Below are positions 39,501 through 52,800 of a DNA stretch of 64,000 nt, piece by piece. The position numbers and the translations under genes were made by a program. The DNA lies in the NCBI GenBank assembly GCA_040954595.2, contig CM082578.2:9657519-9721518 (forward strand). The letters are read 5' to 3'. Positions within the stretch are counted from its first letter, which is position 1. Each line of letters starts with the position of its first letter. Source of the DNA: Balanoglossus misakiensis. Lineage: Eukaryota > Animalia > Hemichordata. The notes beneath the pieces were generated by a model. The model saw only the letters and a program-made list of their open reading frames with translations. It did no database searches and was not told the DNA's origin.

Positions 39501-42500
39501 GACTTCGACACAGCAGCCATCGTGGAAAGTCAGTGCCGAGACTTGGGGACCTGTCAGGGCAGACGACCTAGAATCTTCTGAGAAAGAATCTTGTTGACGA
39601 GGTGAAGAAATCGGATCTTCCAATCTGAGGTCTGATGATACGAGCACGCCTTTAGCAGCCATGGTCCCACCGGTACTTTCCGCAGAAGCTCTGTCAAGAA
39701 AACCTGGAGGGGGTGTGGCTGTTCTTGGCAAGCTATTCGCAGATGCGACGGTTTTAACGGAAACTTCCTGGCTCTCCTCAACATGATCTGGATTCTTCGG
39801 GAACAATTCCTCCTTTGGACACGCTGTGGACTCGATGCCTGTTGCCCTCTTCCCCCTGCCACTGCCATCAGTCATGCTTTCACCAGCCACAACACCAGTT
39901 GCTCTTTCCATCGTCACACCCGACAGACCTCCTTTACACTGTTCTTCTCTGTCCATCACAGCACACGGTTCTGATTTCCCATCACCAGCAGCCTTCAAGC
40001 CTTCAGTCTTGTCACTCGGAGCAGCAGGATGGGGAGAAAAGTCCTTCTCACATCTACTTACTTCTGACTTGGCTGTACCGGCATTCTCATCATCTTGCAA
40101 CACATCTTTACCATCTGTTTTGGAATGTGCATCAACTCTTGTTTTCTCATTGGCATGTCCATCCTCAACTTCAGTATTACCTGATATGCGCTCACCCTGT
40201 TGTTTCTGACGTCCTAAGCTCGATGTCTGTCCATGCCTACCTTGTACAAGATGGTCATTGTCCCACAGTTGAACTTCGGACCAAACTGAATCGATATCCT
40301 GCGCTCTCCTATCTCCTCCTGCAGAACTGCAGCCAGCATTTCTACCAGTACCTTCCTTACCAGTCTTCTTGACATGCTTCAGCGAACCAGATGTCTCAGT
40401 TGAGGAAACTTTGTCTCTGGCAGCAAGCATCTCTTCAGGTTTGGTGTCCTTAGCAGGAGCACTGGATACATCCAAACGGCGAGTGTCTGCATCCCTGGCA
40501 GCTTCCTTCCTGTCGGGAAGACTGGATTCCCTCTTTGGTGGTTCCTTGTTTAATTCCGGCTTCTGCTGCTGTCTCTCGGGTTCCTCCTTGGGTTTCCTGC
40601 CGTTTGAACTTTTCGGATCCCGTCGATACACAACCTGACCTTCTCGAAGTGGTTCCTTGTTCGAGGCGGTCGGCACGTCACTCTGGCGACACTCCTGCGC
40701 GACTTTGCTGCTCTGTTCCAGCCAAGCGAACACTTCCTGCGCTTTCTCGCGTGAGATTCCCTCCTGAGCAGGCCCCTTCTCTCTGTGCGGCTGGTCCCTG
40801 GATCGATTGGGCTTGGGGCTGGGTCTCATTTTCTCCGGAGTGTCGGCGTCGCAGAAGATGGAATCTTCCACGCTCCACACTTCCGGATCGCTCGGACACA
40901 CCTGGGTCTCCGTTATCCGTTCAACTTCCGCGACGTGCTTGGGGCTCTGCTGCTGCACTGCTGGTTTACGTAATGGGACTGCAGGAGTGGTGCTGGACCT
41001 TGGCTGCAGCCTAGGCTTGTTGCGGTCTCTTGCCGGGAACAGGTAATTTCCCGATCTGTAGCATGATGCATACTTGGCGCCTTTGTAGTATCTGAAATCC
41101 TCTTTGAAATCCTTTCCAGTTTCTGTCTTTCTCACGTAATTCACTGCTTTTGGCCCCTCTTCTCTTCTCTCATATGGCTGACAAACCTTTTTCTCTTCTG
41201 GGCTACAACTGCTTGAATTCTTTGGCTCCAGATTTTCGTCTTTCTTGATGTCAGGCGTTTCATCAAGACCTTTTTCACTCTGAATTGGTTCTTTACTCTT
41301 TTGGACATCACTTTCCGTCGTTCCAGTAACATTTCTCTCGGTTTTCTTCCCACCATCATTCTCAATCGGTTTCTTCTCAGCGACTTCAGTCTCGCATTTT
41401 CTTTGCCCAATATCACCACGTCTTCCATGCTCATCCATTGCCTGATTCCCTTCTTTCCCCTTTCCTGCTGCATTCTCACCGGCCGTCTCCTTCTTCAAGT
41501 TGTCTCCAAGCGGCTTTGCCTCCTTGGTGACTTTCTCTTTAGAAGTGGTGGAATGTTGTCCCTTGCTGTCTCTCGTCACAGTGCTGCACTTTCCGCTGCT
41601 TGTTTCGGTTTCTGACGAACTAGTTGAATGACTTGAAGCTTCATTGCCTTCAGTATCTGGGACAAAGAAACAACCGGATTACAGTTAAATGGCATTTACA
41701 GATCAAAAACCAATGATTCTAATGAGATGAACACATTTTGTGGAAGTAGCCCCCAAGACGGACAGATTCATAAACCAAATGAACATCTTCAGTCAGGTCC
41801 TGATTTAGGCTCATACAACAATTTATAGCTGAAATGAACACAGGGTGTCCGTCAAGGGACCAAAGAAAGTGATCCACACATTTGGCAACATCATGCTTTG
41901 AATGGCCTCTAAAATGATCTCATCTTACCGGTGTCTTCTGATGGAAACATTGCACTGATCCACAGTAACATGTCCAGACATTTACTGACGGCTGAACTGG
42001 CATCTTTGTAGTTTCTGTGAAATCTGTGCTTGTCAGTTTCTCTCAATACCTTCCTCGCTCCTGTTGTGGCCTGCATGGGCAAGAAAACAACAACACACCG
42101 ATTGATATACCGGTACATGTATTGACAACTCTGTGAAAGTTTCTTTACTTCTCATCAAGCGAGGTCTTAAAGAAAATATGGACAATGGTAGTACCCTCCA
42201 TTTGTAGACTGTGATGCCTATACATTTTAGCAGCAGCTGGTATTCTATTCTACTGTAATTGAGTTTTCATGAAATTATGTATTTTTTCAATCAATATTAA
42301 TAATTATTAATTTACTATAATTTAAATAGTGTTTGATTTATTAAACGCGACGTAGGTGATTTTACAATGCATTCGATCTATTTGAAAATTGTCACACTCG
42401 AATTTATATACTGACCGGCCTGACCACATCACGCAGATACTGATGCATCTGCTCCTCTTGTTCTTCGATGATGTTCAGTTTCATCCGAAGCTCACGCTTG

Positions 42501-42535
42501 CCATCTTCCATGTACTTTCGCCTGGAAAGCGCCAT
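30549..42535 (-). CDS. Multi-Tudor + CCCH zinc-finger protein (Krimper-like architecture), ~1907 aa. Exons 42535-42416, 42070-41929, 41656-39418, 39215-39034, 38858-38674, 38321-36631, 36517-36417, 36299-36138, 35924-35835, 35592-35419, 35156-35075, 34920-34770, 34530-34370, 34187-34131, 30735-30549
   Basis: All 14 introns are GT-AG and phase-consistent. Three extended Tudor cores: ACFTKDDTWYRG..YVDYGN, VHYTEDDKWYRA..YVDFGN and AQYSDDNRCYRA..YVDFGN. A C-x8-C-x5-C-x3-H finger (CKFHSRGDTCYRGDSCPFEH) lies at 35904-35845 between Tudor 2 and 3. Long disordered N-terminus. Confidence 0.88.
31361..33419 (-). CDS. Alternative (cassette or terminal) exon of the Tudor gene encoding ~680 aa of disordered, basic/RG-motif repeat sequence
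   Basis: A 2-kb open frame inside the last intron. Acceptor cttttgttttgtag at 33420 is in the same phase (2) as the 34131 donor. A candidate donor T|gtatgt lies at 31369. Confidence 0.65.
31470..32700 (-). repeat. ~2.3 copies of a ~545-nt coding tandem repeat in the alternative exon
   Basis: Repeated blocks KKRNRGRKRGRGKRG..MESGRIPESWK and KDPTGTMFVSVDRR..PPASCWM..KDLSSPRG..TAPTDLRRSVTGAVWTTDAA. Confidence 0.9.
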
Positions 42536-42799
42536 TGTTTCTGAAGGAGTAATGCTGTATGAAAGTGGCAAAACTGTCAACAGTGAGGACCCATCATCAT
42601 CTACAAAATGCGTGAAGACGTTGAGTCGATACTCGCTCAATGCAAGTATCAGTACACTGTATTTACCAGAGACGCGGGAGGGTTTTCATCATGTTTTTTG
42701 CGCGGCACTCTAGCAGTCGCTATCACATCCGAAGAGTTTTAACTTCAAAGTACAGGACACTTTTCGACCGTTGATACCGGCGAGAAAGTTTACTTTGCT

Positions 42800-43750
42800 T
42801 TAACAGTGCGTTACTTACCTTTCCTTTCGACCAGTCGCGCAAACTAATTCTGGCGGGTAATGTACACGTGTATGTATCCACTTAATTTCTGCTGTGTTAA
42901 GGGGTCTGTTAGACGGGGCTCGTTCGAGCCATGAGGTGCATTTCGCTGCATGCATGGTTTTGCGTGTGGCTTATTGTTTCGTTTCTTTGCAGTTTTGAGG
43001 TCGCATTGTAGACATAAATCCATTTGATTCTTGCACTCACCTCACCAGACTGTAAATTGAATGCAGAATTTTGATGCACTCCTGATAACGCCGCGAATAA
43101 GGTGAAGGCGCTGTCTGCAAACGCCAGATGGCGCTCTCAAAGAATTGTTACAAAGTCGCATTTCAGCTGTTTTGGCTCCACAGGTTTTGGGGGGCCTGTT
43201 CTGGTCAAAATTGTAGTTTATTAATGAAACGTGTTAGAATTAATTTTATATAGACCAGAATTAATTTTACGAACATCTTGAATTATTTTCACGTTTCTCT
43301 GAACTAATAAAACATTATTTTGACCTTAAAACGGGTCCCCATAGCAACCACATACTGTTACAGACAAAAGAGAGAACGGATTATCCGTCTGATGCCCTGA
43401 GGGCGCTGTTAGAGTTACACGTACACAGTACTGACACGGTACACATCGACACACATCGCGCGTGACCATGGTGATACCGAGCAGTTTTCCACTCTTGCAT
43501 CTAATGTAAAGTTACTATCAGTGGGTAAACACAATTTCAGTGGTAATAACTATTCAATAGTAGAGTTTCCAAGACTATTTAGCTTACACAGCCGATCGAA
43601 GTGCGAACCCGGAAGTGTACATCCACATGTGGCTATGTTGGACCTCGATGGCTAGTGGAGTGGAGACACGGACGGGCGAATAGCTCTGCTATGTCATCGC
43701 CCGCTCACAAATGATCATCAACCGTAGTGTCCACAGCGATCAGAGAGACA
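42800..43750. promoter_or_regulatory. Divergent (head-to-head) promoter region between the Tudor gene and HIT/GalT-like gene A
   Basis: CpG-rich. Minus-strand 5'UTR donor (ttacttacct) at ~42811-42820. CTCF-like AACGCCAGATGGCGCT at 43120-43135 and TGCCCTGAGGGCGCTG at 43393-43408. ETS-like CCGGAAGTG at 43609-43617. Confidence 0.55.
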
Positions 43751-43753
43751 CTC

Positions 43754-46700
43754 ATGCCACCAATTGTGGCCAAACTCATGGCCGGACACAGGACGAACAA
43801 GAGAATATTGTTGATTTCCGCGGGCATCCTCCTTGTTATTGCATTCATTGGGTGGCTCAAACTTCTTCTATCAATAAGTTCCTATGAGCTGAAACCTAAG
43901 CCGATTCCACTTAAGCAGTTGAATGCTTTTTCCACCCAAACAAAAGTCTGGCATGTAAGTGAGAGTGAAGTTCACTTAGCACCGGTCTTCTCACCCTATA
44001 TATGAATGAATGAATGAATGAATGAATGAATGAATGAATGAAGAAACAAATGAAACCACACTGCATGAGACATCATGTTTTTTGGTGTAATACCCCAATA
44101 TTAACCACAGATCTAGAATTATCAAGGAATGGGGGGGGGGGGGGTGAAAATTGGATTTTGGATGGATTTGCAAAATGTTATGTATGTGTATGCGTTGCTT
44201 TGAATTTTGGTGTGCAATGTCCTTGGAATTTTCTCCATCAATTACATTTACTCATCAGCTATTGTCTCACAGATAATGTACATATCTGATGGTTTGTGTT
44301 GGAAGTTGATCAGTATCATTCCACATATACTGAAGTCTCACTTGAATGTACCAAAGTCTGATCAAAGTCCTTTATGCTACTTTAACCTCAGTCTTATGAC
44401 GAAGTGGTTGCCATTTATGTAACTCGCTGTGAAATCAGTTTCCAATCAAACCGCCTGTGCCTAACCAATCTTAAGTCAGACGCATGATGGACTTACAGCT
44501 GTGTTGTTGAACGTTGCAACAAGCAGTGAAATTGTTTTGCCAAGCTGTGAGCCAGTAATTAAGATCTGTGAAAAAACTACAGCAAATTGGATGAAATTTT
44601 GTTTTTAATGGTCACCATTGGTATTTTCCTTGGCTATTTATATTTTAAATACACCAGTGATGGATGTAAGTACAGGTTGATATTTCATGATCCTGATTAT
44701 ATAATTTAGAAAGAACCTTCATTGGACCAGCCTTTATGAAAGAAACCAGAGAAAGGGGACTCATTAATGTTTTTATCAACTTCTTCAAATTTGCTTCAAC
44801 AGGAAAATGACAGAAGATCTTGTTTGGGGTTGACACCTGGTGAGACATTGTCGATAGGCATATTGGATGATGTGATTGGACGTTGGGGCACAGCCACGTC
44901 ATTGGAGTGCAGGTGAGTCAAATTTACCATCACAATGTCTTCCTGGGCATGGCAGTTCATTTACTGTCTTCCAGTAGTGCTCCAAATGTATCCCTTTCAC
45001 GCCATTGTTCTGTGTGTGGGGTCCACCCTGCCTTTGGAAACAATAGGATTTATGTAACAGAGTCTGATCATATCATAATCACTGTTCATGGTCAGTTTTT
45101 TTGTCATCCGCCAAAGTGAAGTGGCGTGGAGAGTATTTGAAAACGAAATATTTCTCAGTCAGAGTCTAGTACATGAAATTGTACAAAAGGGATTTCACCT
45201 GTGAAAGATTCGGAAAAACTTCATGCTCAAACTTACTGAAATTATTTATCTGATCTTATTGTTGGACTTTGTAGCATGAAATTTGCTACCCATCTATTTA
45301 ATCATATTTCTTTCTTTATGATGTTTTATTTTCACTAATACAGGAAACTACATCAAAAGTTCACAAATATCTATGCAGTCACCCGACGTTCGGGTCAAGT
45401 TGTCATTCCAGACACATTCCGAGGGAAAGTTTTGAAATGGTTAAACAATGACAAGGAGCTCTTCAATGAAGTCAAATTGCAGGTGAGTTATATCTGAAAG
45501 AGGTTGTGTGCAGTTCCATCTCCAAGTTTGGGGTTTAAGGTAGTATGTACCTCTGGCAAGTAGGGTGTTTACCACCTTGCTTTCATAAAAATCCCTACTT
45601 TTTGTGCCCTCTGTAATCATAATTTTTTTCCCATCCATCTGAATATATAGTTTATCACAGAGATATTCAACAAATATACACATGAAAGCAGCATATTCAA
45701 CCCCTTGAGATCAAAGAGGCCAGGTGTAAATACAGGAGAAGACACAAGGAAATAGTAAGTCAGTTTTTGTCATGGTTTTGAATAAATTTTAACAAAAAAT
45801 TTGATAAAAGATAGTCTAAAAAGAGGTTGACAGAAGACTTTAAGAAATCATCAATTCATTGAAATAAAGATTAAGTATTTGAATGATTTAGTGAGATTTA
45901 CAGAGACAATAATATTTATAAGAAACAACACAAAAATTGCTATCCATTCCTGTCATTGTTTAAATTTAGTGCAGATAAACAAATGTTTGATTCGGTTAAT
46001 ACTTAGTATTGACATTAAACCATAAAACAGTTCCTCTTTACCAATAAAGTCTTGTTTCATTTTTCAGTGTGGATAAGCTTGCCAAGGACTCAGAAAAGGA
46101 CTGTGACTTCTGTGCTTATAAGCTGTAAGTTTACAGAACTATCTTCAGTTGTCATTTACATGTATCAATATCTGAGTAATCTTAAGTGTACATGTATATG
46201 ATACAACCCCATTGTCTATATTCATGGTTATACCCATGATGCATGCAAGGAAGTAGGGTGAAAGGTCAAAATGTCTCTATTGCAATGTGTGACCTATATG
46301 CATGTGTACAGCAGCTCGCTTTATTTATTATTCATCAAAATATTACGCCACACATGTATGTACTTTTGTAGCCAAACAGCAGAAGACACCTTTGGCAGAA
46401 TAGAATCCGAGCACTCAGTCACAGCGTCGAATACTTTCAAGTACGACGGATACCATGCCTTGATTATACTGAAGACTCACAATCCAGTAGACTTCACTGA
46501 AGTGCAGTTCCTGGATATGATGGACACAGCCATGAAATGGTATGTTAATAAGCAAGTTGTTCAGCCCATTTGTCGACTGCCCCATCCCACAGCCTTGTGA
46601 TCCATGACTGCACCCCATTTGTCCGTCCTGGATGATTTGAATATTGCCATCTTGTGTGTCAGTTGTTAAATCAGTTGTCATTTGGTCCTGTAGGATGTAA

Positions 46701-48075
46701 CAGTGTCACCTCATATTAATGTGATGCACATGCAGTATACCCAAAGTTTCTGTGAATACAGTTTCTCATTCCATATCAACACTCTTTTTAGGTTTATGAA
46801 AGTCCATGAAATAGACAAGAATTACAAGTATCCTCACATGGTGTGGGATTGCTTGCCTAAAGCTAGTGCCAGCCAGCTTCATCCACACGCACAAGCCAGT
46901 GTTGGAACTGACAGACACTATGGTGAGTTTGACGTAGTTTTGTCATTCATTAAAATGGACTGCATGCAGCATGCATTGACAATGTTGTCATCTTTCTTGC
47001 AGGCCTGATGGAACACATTCACTTGTCAGCCATGGAATACAGCAGAAATAACGGTGGCAGCAACTATTTCTCTGATCTCATCCAGGTATGCTTCAAAAAA
47101 TTATAGACTAGTACCCGGTAGTTATAGACTGTGTGTCATAGACTGTGCTGATATAACGGCTGCACATGTGAGCTGTTGTTTGTTGAATGGAATATTTAGG
47201 GAGAAATCACCCAGTGAACTGATCTGCATGAATTCTATCCATGAATTGCAATCTCTGTCTTCATTCCATCCAACCCCAGATTCACTCAATGTTAGGCCTG
47301 ACCACACGACTAGGCAGCGCGACCGCCATGGCCTACATCACCCCCAAGAAGGACCATGAAGTCATGATTATCAGTAAACATCCATCCAGGGATTTCTTCC
47401 GGTTGTTGTACTACACCATCCGGGCCTTCATTGACGATTTGGAACTTTATGCCTGGAGTTTAGCCATGTTTCTGCCCAAACTGGTGAGTTCATTCGCAAC
47501 TGAAATGTGGTACACTTTTGGTTAATATAATAACCCTTGGACTCCCAGTTCCCTCTATAGAGGTCCTTATAATACTTGGTTTTTCTTTTTGCAGGAGCCT
47601 TACAGCAGCCCGACTTCAGATGACATTCCTGCCATCGTCCGGATAATTAGTCGAGGACCTGCGAACAACCCCAGGAATGACATCAGTTCCTTGGAGTTAT
47701 TTGCTGTAAGTTTTAATCATAAGTTGACGGTTCTAGCCCTTCCAGACCACTGTTTCCCACGATCAATCAGTTTAATAAAACAATGGTAGAGGTCATAGGT
47801 CATCTAGGGATTGCATGGTCAATGATGATAACAAGAAACTGTGCCAGCTCCCAACATGTTGTGTTGATCTACTTTTTCAGGCATCAAACGTGAATGTGGA
47901 TCCGTTCAGCGTGATAGGTCATGTGATCAAGTCAGTGGAAAAGCGAAGCCAAAAAGTCGAAATTCAGGACAAAATTGGTGGGGAGGTCAGTAAGGAAGTT
48001 GGAAAAAGGACTGAAGATGAGAATGCTAACAAGGTGCGTGTGGAGGAAAGTCCAAGAAAGAAGAAAAATCTCTAG
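43754..48075 (+). CDS. Type II membrane GalT/HIT-superfamily protein, paralog A (HPHAQ), ~500 aa. Exons 43754-43954, 44803-44912, 45344-45482, 45651-45754, 46068-46124, 46372-46539, 46792-46922, 47003-47085, 47280-47483, 47595-47705, 47881-48075
   Basis: Phase-consistent splicing. Basic N-terminus plus signal anchor ILLISAGILLVIAFIGWLKLLL. GalT-like motifs FNPLRSKRP, CDFC, SNTFKY, H-ALII..HNP and WDCLPKASASQLHPHAQ (His motif at 46880-46894). Confidence 0.85.
44003..44042 (+). repeat. (TGAA)n microsatellite in intron 1 of paralog A
   Basis: About 10 tandem TGAA units. Confidence 0.95.
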
Positions 48076-48879
48076 CATCGAGATGACGATGGGCATTAAC
48101 CTGAATTTACATTTCAAGAACTTTCTTGTCCTTTTTAACGTCAAATACTGGTTGTTTGGTTTTTCTGTCTCTGCATTTGTGCCAGAAACTCCATGGGTAT
48201 ACTGACAGGGTTTTATACGTTAATTCTTTCACTCTACAGGGAATTTCAGTTTATGTACGTTGAAAACTGGTTGCCTTAATCAACTATATTGTATTTACTA
48301 TATAAATGAAGTATGGCAATTTGCATTGTACATTACGCATATTTCACTGCATGGATGATTATTCAGTGAATAAATTTTATTCTGGCAGTTCAGGGATATT
48401 CAAAAACATTCCAGGAATGTACAGACACAGTCCCTCTGGAATTGCAGGGAAAAAGACATATACCTAAAAGTGCTGAAGTATTATGTACAAATTTTGTAGA
48501 ATAGATTTTACTTGTGAATCTGCAAATGAATAACACAATTTTGGAATTTTCCATGAACTGATTTTGAAATGTTGGTTCATATTTATGAGTTTATTGTATT
48601 TTAAAAATAACATTAATGTTGGTACATTAAAAATTTATGGAAGTTGATACATTAAAATGCCGGTAGAGGTTCATGATAATATTTGCATTACTAGTATTTA
48701 GAGGTTACAAATCGCAAGGAAGAAGTAGAAGCAAAGATTCGGAGGAATAAAATAATTTTCTTCATTAATACTTCCGCATTGTACAACTTTCCAGCGAAAT
48801 CCTTTCGCGTATATAAGTGCCACGCCCACTGACCTCTGGGTGACCTTACAGTACCTACGCAATAGACACGACCTCAGCA

Positions 48880-49280
48880 GGCCAGGGCAGTGCGTCACAG
48901 CTATCCGCCCACTTGCTCCGCCCGCGAGAGCCTTTTCTTGCCATATGGATCCTTAATATGCCCATGTGTGAGAACATTCTCTTCGAATAACTACGACACG
49001 ACGCCAAAATCTGGCTTCAAGATGATGTAACAATTGGATAAATGGATAAATCGATTAGGGGGCGGGGCTTTTACACAAGTGTCAGGTGACAGAGGTGCGT
49101 ACCCGGAAGTAATCCTTCCAGAGGTTCCTTCGCTGATTCGCCCTTCCTTTTATCATAATTGCCTGTTTACAACGATTCGCTCGAAGGACATGGATTCAAA
49201 GAAACGCTGCGTGATTAACCTAGAACATGTTAACTATCACGTACACGACCAGTTTATGTATAATATGCATTACGTAGGTA
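48880..49280 (+). promoter_or_regulatory. Probable promoter/first non-coding exon of paralog B
   Basis: GC boxes (ccgccc at ~48906 and ~48918, gggggcggggc at 49058-49068) and ETS-like CCGGAAGT at 49103-49110. An acceptor tttttacag at ~49759 precedes the ATG exon. Confidence 0.5.
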
Positions 49281-49866
49281 GACCGCCTTCAAGAAAGACA
49301 TATTTTGTGGTGACTTCACAACGCAACGTCGACATATGTGCAGTTCAGTTGTATATATCAGTCATAACAGTTCGTACTACGAGTGGCCGGTCGTATGCCG
49401 TCGTCTGGACGAATATGCTTGACCTTCATCATCATCAATCATGAGACATTTCCATTCAATAGAGAAAGGTATATTATTTCATGCTTATTTGGATCTAGTC
49501 TGTGATCGAGATAAAAAATATGCTCAAAGGTTTGTGGTAAAAAGGTCTGTCATCAAAATACACCCAAAAATGAAATCAAACATTGATCAAACATTAGCTA
49601 CAATAATTGTAGCCTTGGTGCCATGGATGGCTAGATCCAGCCACCCTTGAACCAGCCCATCAAGGCTACAGTTATTAGAGCTATTTTCAAGTCAACTAAT
49701 TGAAAGTCATATAGAATGATTATGATCATTGTAATACGTTGCCTGTTCCTTTTTTACAGACTAAATGCATGATTGACATTTCGTAACCTTGCATTACTGA
49801 GTTCATTTATGATCAACAACTCAAAATCCTGACGAAGAAGAACTTCCATCAGCAGCGGCCAAAATC

Positions 49867-52800
49867 ATGCCTAGATCCAAGATGAACAAGACAATGATGG
49901 TTGCAGCAGGCATTCTCATCATTACATTCTTCGGCTGGCTCAAGCTTATTTTCTCAATAAACACTGTTGAAGTGAACAGAAAGTCCATTCCAGTTAAGTT
50001 GAAAGTGTTTTCAACTGTAACAGATCTCTGGCAAGTAAGTAAAAATGTGGTAAAAATCACAGTCTCTCTTTACACTGTACCCAGTTTCTGTGTACCATTC
50101 TGCAGATTCCATTGAACTGGAACAGCTCATTTAGTGATCTAGTTTGTTTGTGCTGAACCATCAGTAAATGTAATTGTCTATTATATTTTTCAACCAATTC
50201 AATGGATTCATACAATAAAAAAGTGCAAATTTCCTTGTTCTCATTTAACCAGGAAGAAGAGAGAAGGTCTTGTTTAGGTTTAACACCTGGCGAGACACTG
50301 TCAATAGGCATATTGGATGATGTCATTGGACGTTGGGGCACAGCAACATCGTCAGAGTGCAGGTGGCTCAAATTTATCATTTGTCATGTCTTTTGAACAT
50401 ATCATCATGTGAAACAGCATATTAATTGAGTTCGAGACCAGGACTTATGGCCATGTTATGAAGGCATTTTAGTTCTGATTGTTGAATGGATAACTCACTT
50501 ATAAATTGTCAATTTCATCACATTCCACGTTTTTTTTTTCATACTGTGACAGGGAACTCTACCAAAAGTTTAGAGCTATCTATTCAGTCTCCCGACGCCC
50601 AGGTGAAGTTATTATTCCAGACTCTTTTAGGCCGAAAGTTTTAGAATGGCTGAATGATGAGGAAGAGCTCTTCAAAGAAGTCAAACTACAGGTGAGATGT
50701 CAGAAACTGCAGGGTTTTTATTTTCCAACTTTGAGTTTTGAGGTGATGCCTGCAAAGTTTGGACCCTCCATAACATTGTTGATCTTGTATAGCATTAGCA
50801 AAGCGCTGCTGTAATGGTCAGTCTACGGGGAGGGAAGGAATTTTGTGGGTATAGTGGCAAGAATATCATTACAATTGGACAATGTGTACTTGATAGACAT
50901 CTTTGTGTGGTTTATTTGTACCAGTGATATCTACAAAATATGATATTGTCTACTATGTGTTCAAAGTATACTGACACATTTCTTTGATTTTATCTTTCTG
51001 AAGTATATCACTGAAATATTCAACAAATACACCCACGAAAGTGCAATATTCAACCCGATAGGTTATAAAAAGCCATGTGCAGTGAATACCGCAGGAGACG
51101 TAAGGCAATAGTAAGTTCAAGTTTGTTAAATTTATTGTGTCAATTTCAATACAGAATAGTGGTACGGTAAAAGATGACACAATATGAAATCAGATGACAT
51201 CAAGGATCTGATAGAAAAGTTTGAGTCAACGTGAAAGAGAAAAATCATAGGAAGCAATGAAAACACTTACAAATGAATTGGCTTGTTGAAAGAAACTTAT
51301 TTAATAACTTCACAGGTGTAATTTGTAATGTGTCAGGTTATAGATTAAGTAATAAAGCATCATTTACATCTCATTTCAGTGTGGATAAGCTTGCAAAGGA
51401 CTCGGAAAACGATTGTGACTTCTGTGCTTACAAGGTGTAAGTTTACTCAATTATTTTCACATACATGAATAATTCTCAGTACAATATCCTATTGTTTTCA
51501 GTGGTACAACTCATAATGATGTAGAGAAATGAAGTACATTAGAGTTACATTTGTCTGATAAATTATCCTGAAAGCAAAATGCCCAGTCTGTACAATTTAA
51601 CTTTGTTAACCCACCCATTAGGCAATGGGGGCCAAATTTGCTGTTGATTTCAGTCTTAGCCACTAACAATTACCCAATGATTTTTTAAAAGTCACTGTTT
51701 ACAAAGTAAATGAAATTCTTCCTGTACAGCCAACATCATTTTAATAGAATGCTTAACCTAAATTTACACAAAATTCACAAAATTATTCTTTGTAGACTAA
51801 CGGCAGAAGACACCTTTGGCAGAATAGAATCCGAGCACTCAGTCACAGCGTCAAATACTTTCAAGTACGACGGATACCATTCACTGATCATGCTGAAGAC
51901 ACACAGCCCGATAGATTTCACTGAGGTGCAGTTCTTGGATATGATGGACACGGCCATGAAATGGTATGCTGAACATTTTCAGAATGTTCAATTGTCAAAA
52001 AACAACTTTCCAACACATAATGCAACATTGCAATGATGTCATGTTCAAATTAATTAAAACACGCAGCCAATATAATCCAGTGAATGGAACTGATAATTTC
52101 CTTCAATTCTCTAAAGGTTTATGAAAGTGAATGAAGTTGACAAGAATTACAAATATCCACACATTATGTGGGACTGTACACCAAAAGGTAGCACCAGTAT
52201 GATTCACCCCCACGCACATGCCAGTCTTTCACCCGTCAGATATTACGGTAAGTCGAGTTGGCTGCTCATCATGAGGTCTCTCATTCAGTGTATAAATTCA
52301 CAGACAGTATTCTAAAGCAGTGGAGTTTGTATAAATTTCTTTCATTACCCAATAAATCATGAAAAGAATATTTTCAGCTTAAAGCCAGATATGTATGGAA
52401 AAACTCGAGCATTCCTGAATGTAAGATGCATTAATTTTGCAGTTGTTAGAATCTACAACTGAGACTCAGTTTTTAAAATTGGTTAGCTACTAATAGGTTA
52501 TGAATGATCAAGTACTGTTGTTTTTCTTGCAGGGCTGATGGAACACATTCATTTGTCAGCCATGGAATACAGCAGAAATAACGGTGGCAGCAACTATTTC
52601 TCTGATCTCATCCAGGTATGCTTCAAAAATAAGGCAGCCATTTTGTAATTTTAGATAAACTGCTTTTCTCCAAAAATCAGCACACACAAATCCATCTCAT
52701 GAATTTCAATCTCTGCCCTCATTCCATCCAACCCCAGATTCACTCAATGCTAGGCCTGACCACAAGACTAGGCAGTGCGACAGCCATGGCCTACATCACC

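Noticed and set aside
36686-41615. Many plus-strand ORFs of 100-250 aa
   Set aside because: Antisense to the large Tudor-gene exons, with no independent motifs or splice support.
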